Positions 28,897-40,296 of a stretch of DNA of 64,000 nt are shown here, piece after piece (the first letter of the stretch is position 1; each line of letters opens with the position of its first letter). The translations under genes were made by a program, and so were the position numbers. The stretch spans positions 186,001 to 250,000 of the forward strand of contig NW_026782401.1 in NCBI RefSeq assembly GCF_031769215.1, written 5' to 3'. This DNA is from Ylistrum balloti. Its lineage: Eukaryota. Under the pieces are notes generated by a model. It saw only the letters and a program-made list of their open reading frames with translations, was not told where the DNA came from and ran no database searches.

Positions 28897-29040
28897 GTTT
28901 TTTTTGTATGTTTTGCTGTTTTTTTTGTTGTGGTTTTCTGCTTTTGGGTTTTTTATTTATTTTTTTTGTTGTTTTTGTTTTGTTTTTGTTTAGTTTGGAT
29001 TTGTTTTTGCGTGTTATTGTTTTTTTTTAGTTTTGTTTTT
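28897..29040. repeat. T-rich low-complexity tract ((T)nG-like)
   Basis: Runs of T are interrupted by G/GT. This accounts for the Phe/Val-rich ORF 28864..29091. Confidence 0.85.
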
Positions 29041-30059
29041 GACTCATCAACATTTGTAAATTCGTCTCAACCGATAGTTTGTATTTTATGACTGTTAGTT
29101 CAGTTTAATAATCATTGAAAGATTTTATTGTATGTTCTATAATTACTACTGAACCAGATTAAATTTTTATAAAAAAAACCCCTAAAAAACACCCAAAAAA
29201 CAAAATAATAAATAAACAGACACATTTTATGACAATTTTCAGAATCGTTAACATTACGACGAAATCGTTTTCACAAAGTCTTCTGTTTTGTTGTGCTATT
29301 GGTAAAACCAGTCTATCATATGACCTGTTATATCATATGACCTGTTCATCATAATACTTTAGTTTATAACAGGCGACTGGTGCTGAGGGTCATGCAGAAA
29401 TATCTCTTCCTCGCCTTTGTAGAATTTCCTGGACTGATCTGCTGCTACTATTGTAATGTGCATTGTAACGTTTGAAATATTTTTCGTTTTCTTTTTGTCG
29501 TTAAATTCCTTCTTTGCGTTGCTGTAATTTCTTTGTTTCTGTCTGTCTAGCTTTCACCCTCACGCAACCAAGGCTGGATCATGAAGTAAAAAAAAACCAC
29601 ACAAATAAAACAAAAAAAATCTTACTGTAATTGTTGTTGTTATTTTTGTTATGAAATTAAACAAACTTTGGACAATTGGACAGTAGTATGCTTTCTATTA
29701 TGGAGTCATTTCCAAAAAATGACGCCATTATGTCCTCGTTTCGATGTCTTGTTAATTGCTGAATGCTGTCGAGAGTGATCGAATTTGAAAATGATTCCAG
29801 ACTTGTTACATGCACACTATTTGATAACGGAATGTCCTGTTGTTGTCCGGTTATTAAATATGGTCGGTATTTCTGCATTTGTAATATTTCTCCTTTATGA
29901 ATAATAATTGTGAATTCAGAATTCAACATTTCCTTAAAATTACTGTTACAGTATACTTTTTTCAATTGTTTGGTAAAGCCTTTTTTCTTCCTCATAGATT
30001 TCAAACTTAATTTCGTCGCGCCAGGATACATTGCATTATTATTACAAATAGAAAATTGA

Positions 30060-30890
30060 ATATGACCATATATTCCGAAAAGGCAAGCGCCTTCTCCATC
30101 GAAAATTTCCCTGTAAGTCTTTTCAATTTAGGTTACTATATCGTTCCCAGATGAGGTTAAGAACAACGGAACTACCAGGCATAATAACGAGCTTCGAACA
30201 CATCCAGCTTTGACATCGACAAGGAAATAGATTATTTTTAAATTTAACCATAACTACGTATGTAAAACGTCTCTTACAATACTGTATTGTGAGTTCAGCT
30301 GTCAGTTGTTGATGTTTTGTTCAGAAATCCTGATATCGGGAACAAGTCCTTGGATATTGACTCAAATGAGACGTTTTAACATCGTAGATTCGGAAAGCAG
30401 GTCCATTATTATCTAGAAATGGAAAATTAACAATAGGGAAATCAAAATTTCCATGCTTATAATGCAGTTAGGCGGGAAGCTGTATCTGCTGGCTTCGTTC
30501 TATGAATTGAGCAAGGTACGCGGCTGAGAAGAGATCGGCGTGCTCTTAGTTTCAAATTCTGGTGGGTACATACGGTGGACATTGTCAATAAATTAAAGAC
30601 AATACATCATCAATATATCTAAACGTGAAATTGACGGACTTGCCAATGTCTGTATGATCTGTTATGATAATCTTTTTGATCAAGTTAGTCTCGTTTTGGA
30701 AACAAAACAATCTAGCCAAGACAGGATTACAGACTGCTTCCACGAATATGTCAAAACTTTGTTGGAAGATCTCACCGTCAAACACAAGAAGATATTGTCA
30801 AACAATTATTTTTTACAATTTCATCCTCAGTGTATTTCTTCAAAGAAATTTAACGAAATACGCTACATTATACCTCACAACCATATAATA
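30060..30890 (-). mobile_element. PLE reverse-transcriptase pseudogene, the longest relic in the window
   Basis: Minus-strand frames give KKYTEDEIV, FDNIF, FDGEIFQQSFDI...NPVLARLF, KSVNFTFRYIDDVLSL (YIDD catalytic motif), RMYPPEFETK and NFDFPIVNFPFLDNNGP...SQYPRTCSRYQDF, with stops and frameshifts. The family 3' motif follows at ~30060-30105. Confidence 0.85.
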
Positions 30891-31269
30891 ATCATAATGA
30901 CGTTTATCTTTCTGTGAAAAGAAAACTCTCATAACCAGAGAAGGAGGCGATCATTCAGTATAGAATAGTGTATTGTAGTGTACAGAGCGGAAAATTCACG
31001 TTCTCCTAAGAGTTTTTTTCACGAGAGGATGCAGCATATCTCTGGGATCTTTAACAACACTATATAATGCGACATTTTGTGTAGACAAAGGCACTGATAC
31101 CATGTTTTGCAATTCCGATAAATGTCTTACTTTTTGCTTAAAGATGATTTAAAAGGGAAATGCATTTCCAAATATGTGTTTAGCCCTGGGTCACGTTTAA
31201 TTCCAACACAAAATCAATGGAACGAGGGGAGAAATATGAACAAAAGAAAAAAAACCTTGTAAATGATCA

Positions 31270-31325
31270 AAGGTAATCAGAGAAGTGTTCCGGAAGAGTA
31301 AGTGTCTTAAATGTTTGTTGTGAGA
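31270..31325 (-). mobile_element. Short copy of the PLE-associated 3' motif
   Basis: The minus strand reads CACTTACTCTTCCGGAACACTTCTCTGATTACC. Confidence 0.35.
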
Positions 31326-34300
31326 ACAATATCCCCCCTTGTTTGATGAAATCTGTCTACGTGTCTTTGTTTAAAATGTTATTCAGACTCTAACCATTAC
31401 AGTATATTGTCCATGTGTGCTTTGTTATTATAGTCATTATATCTGTAACGATACTACATGCCTTATGGTACAAACAATTTCGAATTGACTCATTTAACCA
31501 AGTGCTTTGTACACATCCGTGACACACCGTATCGATGGAAAGATGCTTCTATGAAGAATGAAACAGCTGTCATTATTAGACTATGCTAAATCTATATATA
31601 TATATAATAAATAGTTTCTGGTATATATTCAATTCTATAAGTATGATAGATCAGTAAATGTGCTAGATGATATCATTCTGAGGTCAGCACTAAGCCATAC
31701 ATATTTGAGATCGAAGTAGTATCAACACTGAAGATGTTGTTTTTTTCTGTAATGTACCAGAAGCATTAGAAAAGTTCACCTGAAGTGCGTGCACCTGTCA
31801 CTACTTATTATATCACGTAATTCTTACTTGTAAGTATAATGAAAAAGATTAATTTGTCTGATGGTCCATTTTTTCAATCAAGTGTAACATATCAGATACT
31901 GTTCATCTCTTTATCTCTCATCGCTCGGAAAATCATGAGATTCTAGAAAATGCATATTCGTCCTTTCGTCCTAGGTTCAGTATAGGAAACGGAAATGTAT
32001 TATCAGTCTCTCCTTTCCATGTGCTATTTTTTGTTTCATTTCTCATTACTTTGGTAAAATGTAAAAGATAATAGAGAATATTGTTCGCGGTATAAGAGAT
32101 CCCAGATATGGCTTTTCGTCCACACGTCTGTTTTTACTTAAAAAAATGTCACAGTTGTGTTTTCATCTGTCCACCTATCCATCTTGGATTTGTTCAATAA
32201 TACCAAGAAATGTGTCCTCTTGAAAAAAACAGTCTTTAGGTTTAGGAAAACGAATACAAATTTTTTCTGATATGAGAGATATCGTGTGAAGCATGTTTGC
32301 AATCGAATAATTTTACAGAGCAATGTTCCAGATCTATGAATTCTGATGAGTTATATAATTAGCATGTTGCCAGTATGTCGCTGTCGTTTCAGTCAGGTAA
32401 TACCACAGAGTGCCGCTTATACACGGAGTTATCATATCAATGATACTTTGGAGATCACCGGAATTTATCACTTTTTCTTTGGTGTCGCTGTGTGGTAGGA
32501 TCAAAAGATTAAACATCATTTGTTGTCGAGTAATCTTCGAAATTGAAATATTTTTTCTTCGTCTGGAATTTGAATTCCTGTGAGGTAATAAACCTTGCTT
32601 CATTACGAGTTGTCTAGAACGTTAAGTGTCAACAAACAAAACAGCCATAGTATATATGCTTTATTTTTCATTTGAAATGTTTCGTATTTAATACACAAAT
32701 GACGTCACATCTCTACTTGGAGATGTAAGATAGCACTTTAAAGGATACATAACTTACTCTACAGTACACACTGTCATTCATACACCCATAATTAGGAATC
32801 ACTTAGCTACTCACAAAACTAGGAACATCACATGAACGAGTGGTGTAATCCATGAAAGTGTGATGAGTTCATTTAGTACTGAGTTAATAATTCGTAGTTA
32901 TATTTCAGTTCTTACTATCTAAAACATCGTATAACTGTTCCAATTTATATGAAGATATTAAAAAATTATCTTAAATGAAGTATTAGCCTAATATACTCTA
33001 CAGCAGTTTTGGAATATTGAACCCCGCTGTTGAATTTACTCTTTAAACTTCCCGAGTCAATCACAAGAAGCCCATTTCATACATTAAGGTATCTTAAATT
33101 CCATTTATGATAGTTCGAACTGATATACATTTCTTTTAAAATTATTACAAATAAACCTAGATAAACATTATGGATCATGATTAAAAATACATATTTGACA
33201 AATTCTTGAATTTCTATCTTATGTTCTTTGATCGGGACTAATTTGTTGCTGACGACCTAATAACGAATTAAGTGGAATAAATAAATTGATGAACTATTTA
33301 ACAATGTTAACATGACATATATATGTGGTTACAACACACTGACTTCCGTTTCAATGACCACCACGTGGTCGGAGATCTATAGCTGTCAATCAAGGTTTAT
33401 ATAATATATCAATTATTACAAGTCAAATGATTATTCATATCCCAAACTCGTGCGGAACCTTCAATCTCATGTTTTCTTTTATTTCCCATTTTTCTTTATA
33501 TGTTTCAGATTAAGACGTTTCGTAATTCATGCATGGTTTCCATTCAACATGGTAATTGCAGTTTCAATTAAAGTTTGTGGAACTGATAAGTTTGATTTAG
33601 AGCGACTAAACCGCTTTTAAATTAATAAATATTACGAAATTGAGGAGCGGGATAGAAAATCTATAGTAATTAATGCAACAGATTAAAGATTTGAATTAAG
33701 ATTTTATTGATTAGGAAAATATAGGTGTTCAGAAAAAAAAATGTGTCACATAGATAATTTGATAATGGGTCATGTAAGTTTGCATCAAACATATACGTCC
33801 ATGATTATTTCCAATACGTAATACTGTGACTTTCATTTTCTATCGATATCACCAGTGAGAAAACACCAATTCTGACTTCTAGAAGATAAAGGTTACAAAA
33901 CATGTACGTGTCTGGCTTCAGATGTTTCTATCGATTTATGATTTAACTAGCGACCTCTATCAAAAGATCGCCATTGAAGAAAAGATAACTCGTTCACCAG
34001 TCTGCCTTCAATTTAAAAAAAACAGACTGGTATCGCTGGACATTGGCCTAAAGGGTAATACCATTTAGATATTATCTTTCATAACCAACAAACTGTGAAC
34101 AAAGAGAGTCTACTTAGTCATATCGTACTACAGAAAATACACACTACTATAACCTCGGCAGAATAGTATACTTTCAATGTAGTATAAAAAAGTCTGAATT
34201 TTACTACTGTTATTTAAGATATTTTTGTGATATGTTATTTTACTGATATTCAAATTTTCATATGTTTTATTACACATAACATATAAGTTTGAAGTTCTGT

Positions 34301-34537
34301 AGTTTGTTTTCCTGTATGCAGTATTAGCGGTATAAGTATTACCACAGATTAAAGCTGAAAATCGCCATTGTAGTCCTAACACAACTTAATCTAGAAAAAA
34401 AATATTCTAAGAGATATACTAAATAATGAACGATAATCTCTGTACGTTATACAGAAAGTAAACAAATAAACATACAATACATTGACAAGACAGACAATCA
34501 GGCTATCGAACAGATCGGGAACATCTAATCAGAACAC

Positions 34538-35170
34538 TGACGTCATTTCCGGGAGAAATATATACTTTACTCCACAGTGACGTCATCAAATACCTAGTCA
34601 TGATAAACAAATACATGCGCATCTGAGGTAAAACAGCGTCCGTTATGTATAATCACGTGATCTAGGGAGATGAAGTTCATAATATGATGAATCTGTCCGT
34701 CAAATTATAACTTGTAGCGGAAATGCCTATCTACTCTACAAACCATGGCAACAGGCACAGTAGCAAACGTCTGTCATTGGTGACAACACAGTCAATACAT
34801 AAGTTGTCATATAGTTACCGACCAGTCACGTAAGTTAAAGCTGGTTTCTTAAACATTTCAACCCCGTGACAGAAGCGTTTCCGCGCCTTATATTGGTCAC
34901 GTGATCACCTCACAGAAGGAATTCTTCCCTCTAAATTTGCTTTTCAAGTTACTCCAATACTTATGAATTTTGGTGACAATTTCATTGTCCGGGGACAGTG
35001 CTGTAATGAGCACATTTCATGATTGTTTCTTTTTTGTCAATATGGGACCATTTTGTATGTAGATGTGCGAAAATGAGACATGTCCTCATGACGTCACGCT
35101 AGCACTAAGATTACGTCACATCTCACGTCGGATGTCTTTATGTCACGTGACAACACATCGATTGGTCACA
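34538..35170. promoter_or_regulatory. Candidate 3' enhancer or 3'UTR region with clustered CRE and E-box palindromes
   Basis: TGACGTCA at 34538, 34578 and 35089; TTACGTCA at 35111; TCACGTGA at 34653 and 34897; GTCACGTGAC at 35142. Confidence 0.45.
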
Positions 35171-35231
35171 GCTGAGAGACAAAAATTTTCATTGTTTGAC
35201 GATGAAATGTTGTTTAATGTAAAGCGTAATT

Positions 35232-35527
35232 TCATTGGGGCATTTGCTGACCCATACATGGTCCTTGGGGTTTTCCCGGAGAGTCTTCTCTTTTTTGGAC
35301 TTTCTTTGCTTTGATTCTTCTGTTCTGGAACCATATTTTGATCTGTCGTTCAGACAAGTTTATGAGTTGGGATAGTTCCCATCTTCTAGACTTTGAAATA
35401 TATGTTGAGTTGTTGTATTCTCTTTCGAGTTCTGCTATTTGAAACTTTGAGTACGGTCTCCGTCGCTTCCTCAGTGTCACTGTTGTTGGAGCCAGTGTCG
35501 TAGATGGTAGGTGAATCTGCTGCATTT
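35232..35527 (-). CDS. Post1: Posterior Hox gene Post1, homeobox-containing final coding exon (upstream exon not located)
   Basis: Homeodomain at 35295-35474: [60 protein letters not shown]. It has the AbdB-class RK..R.PY arm, WFQNRR, and Post1-type residues ([14 protein letters not shown]) rather than Post2-type (QTMVLENEF, RWEIS). A phase-1 acceptor TTATATTTTTCAG ends at 35528 and the TGA stop is at 35232-35234. Confidence 0.92.
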
Positions 35528-35769
35528 CTGAAAAATATAAAGGGAGGTATGTTTCGTGAATTGCTAAAATAGACTTTTCAGGGTATGATAACGTTTTAGG
35601 CAAACTGAACTGAATAACAAACGTTAGCTAAAGCGTATTGAAAGTAAATCAAACATTATACATGCACATGTGTGAGATCAAATGCGATTGCATTGAGAGT
35701 CAATTCAATTATATTTACAATAATTTGACCAAAACATGCAACACAGGGATAGAAGTTACATGGAAAAGA

Positions 35770-36390
35770 GAGTATTCTGGGTATTAAATATCGCGTACAA
35801 TTGACTCGTCAACAATCCACACAATAATTCGGAGACGCAGTCTGAACGGACTGTCAAGCAGAGACCGGAGGGAGGTATGTGTTACAATTACGTTTGTATC
35901 TGAAATGTTACTCCTGTCCGATACAAACATTCTATAGACCTTGATCAACAGAAACATTGGCATGTAACCATATACATCGACGCCGGTTACACCAGTAAGA
36001 CCTTTTAATTGAAAGTCGATCATCTCTTACTCCTGTTTCTCATCGTGCATCGGTTCAGTCATCAACGAGAACAAACGATTCACTTTCTGTGGGAAAACAT
36101 TCTCTTTTACAGAGCGAGTGTATTTCATCATGTAGAAAAACATTATCAAAGACAGCAAATACGTGTGAGGAGTATTCCCGCGGGTGGGGCGGTCTACACG
36201 AGCAGTGCTCCCGAGGGAGGGGAGATCTGATGCCAGACGTAGATCTAGTGTCTGTCAACAAACGTTCCGCTACAATCCAATCCGGTCACGGTTCAGTAAT
36301 CATCAGCAGGACCCCATTCATCCTCCCCCTCCCCTTAGTGCCGCTTTGGACTATCCCTCCCTTTGATGAAGATGGGTTCATTTAGAGACA
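35770..36390. promoter_or_regulatory. GC/CpG-enriched island immediately 5' of the Post1 homeobox exon (possible promoter, 5'UTR or exon 1)
   Basis: There is an abrupt rise in GC and CpG with G/C runs on both strands. A minus-strand donor-like GA|GTAAGA lies at 36030. No long minus-strand ORF with Hox character is present. Confidence 0.4.
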
Positions 36391-38526
36391 TTAAAATATT
36401 TTGTCTGAATATGATTCGTCTATCAGATTATAACTTTAAAATGACACTGGAAACGAATCTTTCATGCCTGCTTATCTAATTACTTGTATAGTGTATTTCT
36501 GCTTTTAATTTTTGAGTGGTTGTATTGTGGTAAGTGGCACTAGAACCGATCTCGTATAGTGATGCTCTAGTGTAACATTTGTATTCGATACACACACAAA
36601 AATATCACCGAGATCATCATGTTGATATTTCTAGTCCAAGGTCAAAAGTAGATTAAAATCATCAACGGACTATAACTTGCGTCTTTGATTTCGCCAATTT
36701 AATTAGTTCTATAGACAGAATACTTTAAAAAGTCATGGATAAATCCATTTTGACGAAAACTATTATCTTCTACTCTGTCTACCATTCCCTAGGTAGGTGT
36801 CCCGGAAGGGGCCCCCTAAGGTTGCATTATCCAGTTCAAGAAAAACAAAATCAGACGATCCTTATCTTTATCGAAAAAAAACCCAAATATTTTCAAATTA
36901 GACTTTTGTGAAACAAACGTGACTAATACTTTGTGGAGTAGGAAAGAAATGAATACAGGTAACGATCTCATTAAAAAATTTTTTTTTTATGATTCGGAGG
37001 TCCTTGACTGTTGTTTGGTTCTGCCGATTTCCTTTCCTCATTTCTAATTGTTTCAAATGTCGGTGTGAAGAGCCGACCCCTAACGTGGGCCTCAATCACG
37101 TTCCGCTATTCACATTAGTCATGAAACAATTGTATTTAACCCAATTGGAAAAAAAAGCCCGATTGTGTGTATGTGCTTTTTTCTCTTGAAATTTTGAAAC
37201 ACGAATTGTTTGTGTATTTCATTCAAAGAAATAAGATCATAGGAAGATGGACGTACACATTGAAGGAAATTGTTACATTTCTAAAACATTTAATTAAGGG
37301 ATTTTAATTGAAATATTGCGTTATCCCTAGCTGTTGACCACAAATGCCCATGCATATGTTCTTAGTTCGGACCCTATCTTTGCAATGAATTAATTTGATT
37401 GAGGAGATACGGAGATCGTTCCCCGATACTAACACCCAACAACTCTAAAACAATCAGTTTTGACAGAAAAACGCGACTGTATCCGTAAAAATCTACATAA
37501 ATATATAATGAAGTGTATCTTACAGTTAACAGGTTCATTGGTATTATCTGAATCCTACGATCGAATACATTCTGTATAAATCTAATTTACTTTTGGTAAC
37601 ATGCTCACTAAGGCGTTGTGCCTTCGTTTTGAGTGTTGTTGAGATACTTCTATATTCAACTTTTATTTATTCTAAGTTTTCTTTATTTTTTAGTCTTATC
37701 GTGGTGTAAATCTCTGCAGTCCAGTCAATGTAAGTATCGCTTAGCCTTCGATACGTAAAGTATTACCATTCGGAAAATCTCTTCTGTCAATCTTTTAAGT
37801 TTGTCAATCTCGTCTAGTGGAAGACTCAAACTAATAATCACCGCCCTTATCCTCATTTGTTCGGGATAACGTTCATATGCGTCGCAATCACCTTTAGTTT
37901 TAGGAGTAGTCTTATGTTCAGCTTTGGTTTCTGTATCTAATTCGTTTGCCGAAATCTCGGATTTGGTTATGAGGTTAGTGGACGTATGCATCGCCATTCA
38001 AATCACACCTGGTTAGTTATTGTAGGCGAGTTAAATGTACAGGACTACCTCTAACATGTTGTAGTCTAAATGCAAAAAAGTTTAATACACATCAGAAAAG
38101 AGAATGTTCTTAAATTATTTATCACAACTGCTTTAGATCGTGTTCGACACATTTAGATGACGGGGTTTTTTTCCTCGCGTAAAAATAAACAAAAAAAAAA
38201 GGTTCACTTGTGAAACGGAAACAGAAAAAATATATAATCAGAAAGGAAACGCGGAGGGACCAAGAGCCGGAAAGTCTGCTGTTTGTAGCGTGACCACTGT
38301 GTAGAAGGGAGATCACGCTGAATTATTTATAATTTTCTATGTTAAATATTTGATGGCAGATATTGGTGTCCCTGTGGTAACTGGATATGGTCTGGGGTAT
38401 GTAACTACGAACCGGATCCAGTCACGCAGATCAAATTCCGGAATTACACATATAACTGTTTATAGCAGAAGCCGTTGTTTTATTATTACATCAGTTACTT
38501 CCTTCCTTCCTAATGATGACACTTAA

Positions 38527-38540
38527 TGACCTCTTGAACT
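38527..38540 (-). promoter_or_regulatory. Perfect DR2 nuclear-receptor element (RARE-type)
   Basis: Plus TGACCT-CT-TGAACT equals minus AGTTCA-AG-AGGTCA. Both half-sites match RGKTCA. Confidence 0.4.
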
Positions 38541-40272
38541 CATTAAAACTGATTTAGGTGGATCATAGTAAACGCTCAAAATTAAGAGTAATAAAGGATA
38601 TATAAATATAGTTTGCATACATTTTAGTTTGATGATAAAGCTATGGATATATCTTGCACAGAAAAAAAAACCCATTTTGCAAATAAATCGATACGCGGTA
38701 CTATGGTTTTCAATTTGATATGGAACACAATTTTTCTTTTGTTATAAATCATTCTAAATGACCTGTAAAATGCAGAAAGTCTCGTAATTACTTTGTCCCC
38801 TCCTTCCCTCCACCTCTCACACAACTGTAAAATGCCCAGATCTGGTAAGATTACCTCCCTTTATGGATTAAGTATATGCAAAAGTTTCAATAAATCTAAT
38901 TCGTTGAATTATGGAGTAAAACCAATTTTTATCTATGACCAGAATTATTTGTAGGAAGTTCATCATCAGGTATCAATATACATATAAGTTTCCCCTTTCT
39001 TTTCTAACCAATTCTATGACTGGACACAAAGACCGGTATTTTCGCACGAGAAAATGGAAGACATGAATTTGTATAAATCTACGAAAAAATATAAAGCTTT
39101 CAGTACAATATGACCTCTGAATGGTCTTCCACACATATCTACCTTTCATATGTATCTTTATTCTTCAACCAATCATCCATCAGTAACAGCTGTATTGCGA
39201 GTTTTATATCCTATCCTATGTCACATTTTACAATTAGATATATACAATATATTTAAATTATCTTGTTATTATTCATAAAACTATGCATTTACTGTATTTC
39301 TGTACTGGAATAATCCGCTGTTCAAAAGTAAATATTTAAAAACCTGTGTAGATTCTGATTTGTTTTGATACGGATTTTAGATTTCTGTCTCTATTTGTCG
39401 CGTTTTATCTAAAGAGAATTTGCCTGCAAGGTTCGTTTGTCGTACTTCAGAATAAAAATAAAGCCAGATACATCTTATTGATTCGAGATATTTTTTTACC
39501 TGGCACCTTGTGTGGTCCGAACGTTTATCAAGATACCGAGATTTTTTTTCTTCTCTGTTTAAGTATTTAGCAATAAAATATTTAGTGAGCCAATGTACAG
39601 CCAGCTGTAGACCTAGGTACAGGTATAGTGCATAGAAGTCTCTGTGGGTATATTACTATTGGGTATAGATAACATATTTAAACGTGGTACTTTGTCAGGT
39701 GCGCTGTAAATATCGTTATACTGCCATTATTTCTATCATGATATGATGGCAAAGATATGAAAAAATGTCAAAAGAAACCATGGAAATAATCTGACTTGAA
39801 ATATATTGTCGTTAAGCGAGGGGCATGATAACAAAGGTATAGTTTTGTAAATGTCAGAAATTATCCTTAGTAAGGATTTTTTTCTGTATATAAGTGACAA
39901 TAAAACGAATGTGCATCGTATATGGAGATATGGTGTTGAGGGATTTTACTTTATGTATGGACAAAGGACATTTTCACGGGCTTTTTCGGTATATAACCGT
40001 TGTTTTATTATAAGATACAAGGTTTCGTGTACTGTATACAAAAATGGATCTTATGCAATATTTCATGAAAATCATGCTTAACAATGTAATTCCCGTCATA
40101 AACCTCTCTGTATACTGATTTTTAAAATTTATTATTATTTTACTTATTTTAAGATTTCAAGAATTTCACATTGTTCTATTTTTCTCAGATTAGAGAGGAA
40201 AAAAATATTCAGCTCAGCATAAGAGATGATATGTATTAGCTTGAGTCAATACTACTGAACAATAGTTGTACT

Positions 40273-40296
40273 GGGAGTGCGGGGGTGGGGAGGGGG
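40273..40296 (+). other. Canonical G-quadruplex motif
   Basis: GGG-AGTGC-GGGGG-T-GGGG-A-GGGGG has four G-tracts with loops of 5, 1 and 1. Confidence 0.7.

Noticed and set aside
28864-29091. Hydrophobic membrane peptide
   Set aside because: It is the translation of a T-rich low-complexity tract.
35528-35603. N-terminal extension [10 protein letters not shown]... of the Post1 ORF in the track
   Set aside because: It starts at TTG and lies upstream of a clear polypyrimidine/CAG acceptor, so it is most likely intron read-through.
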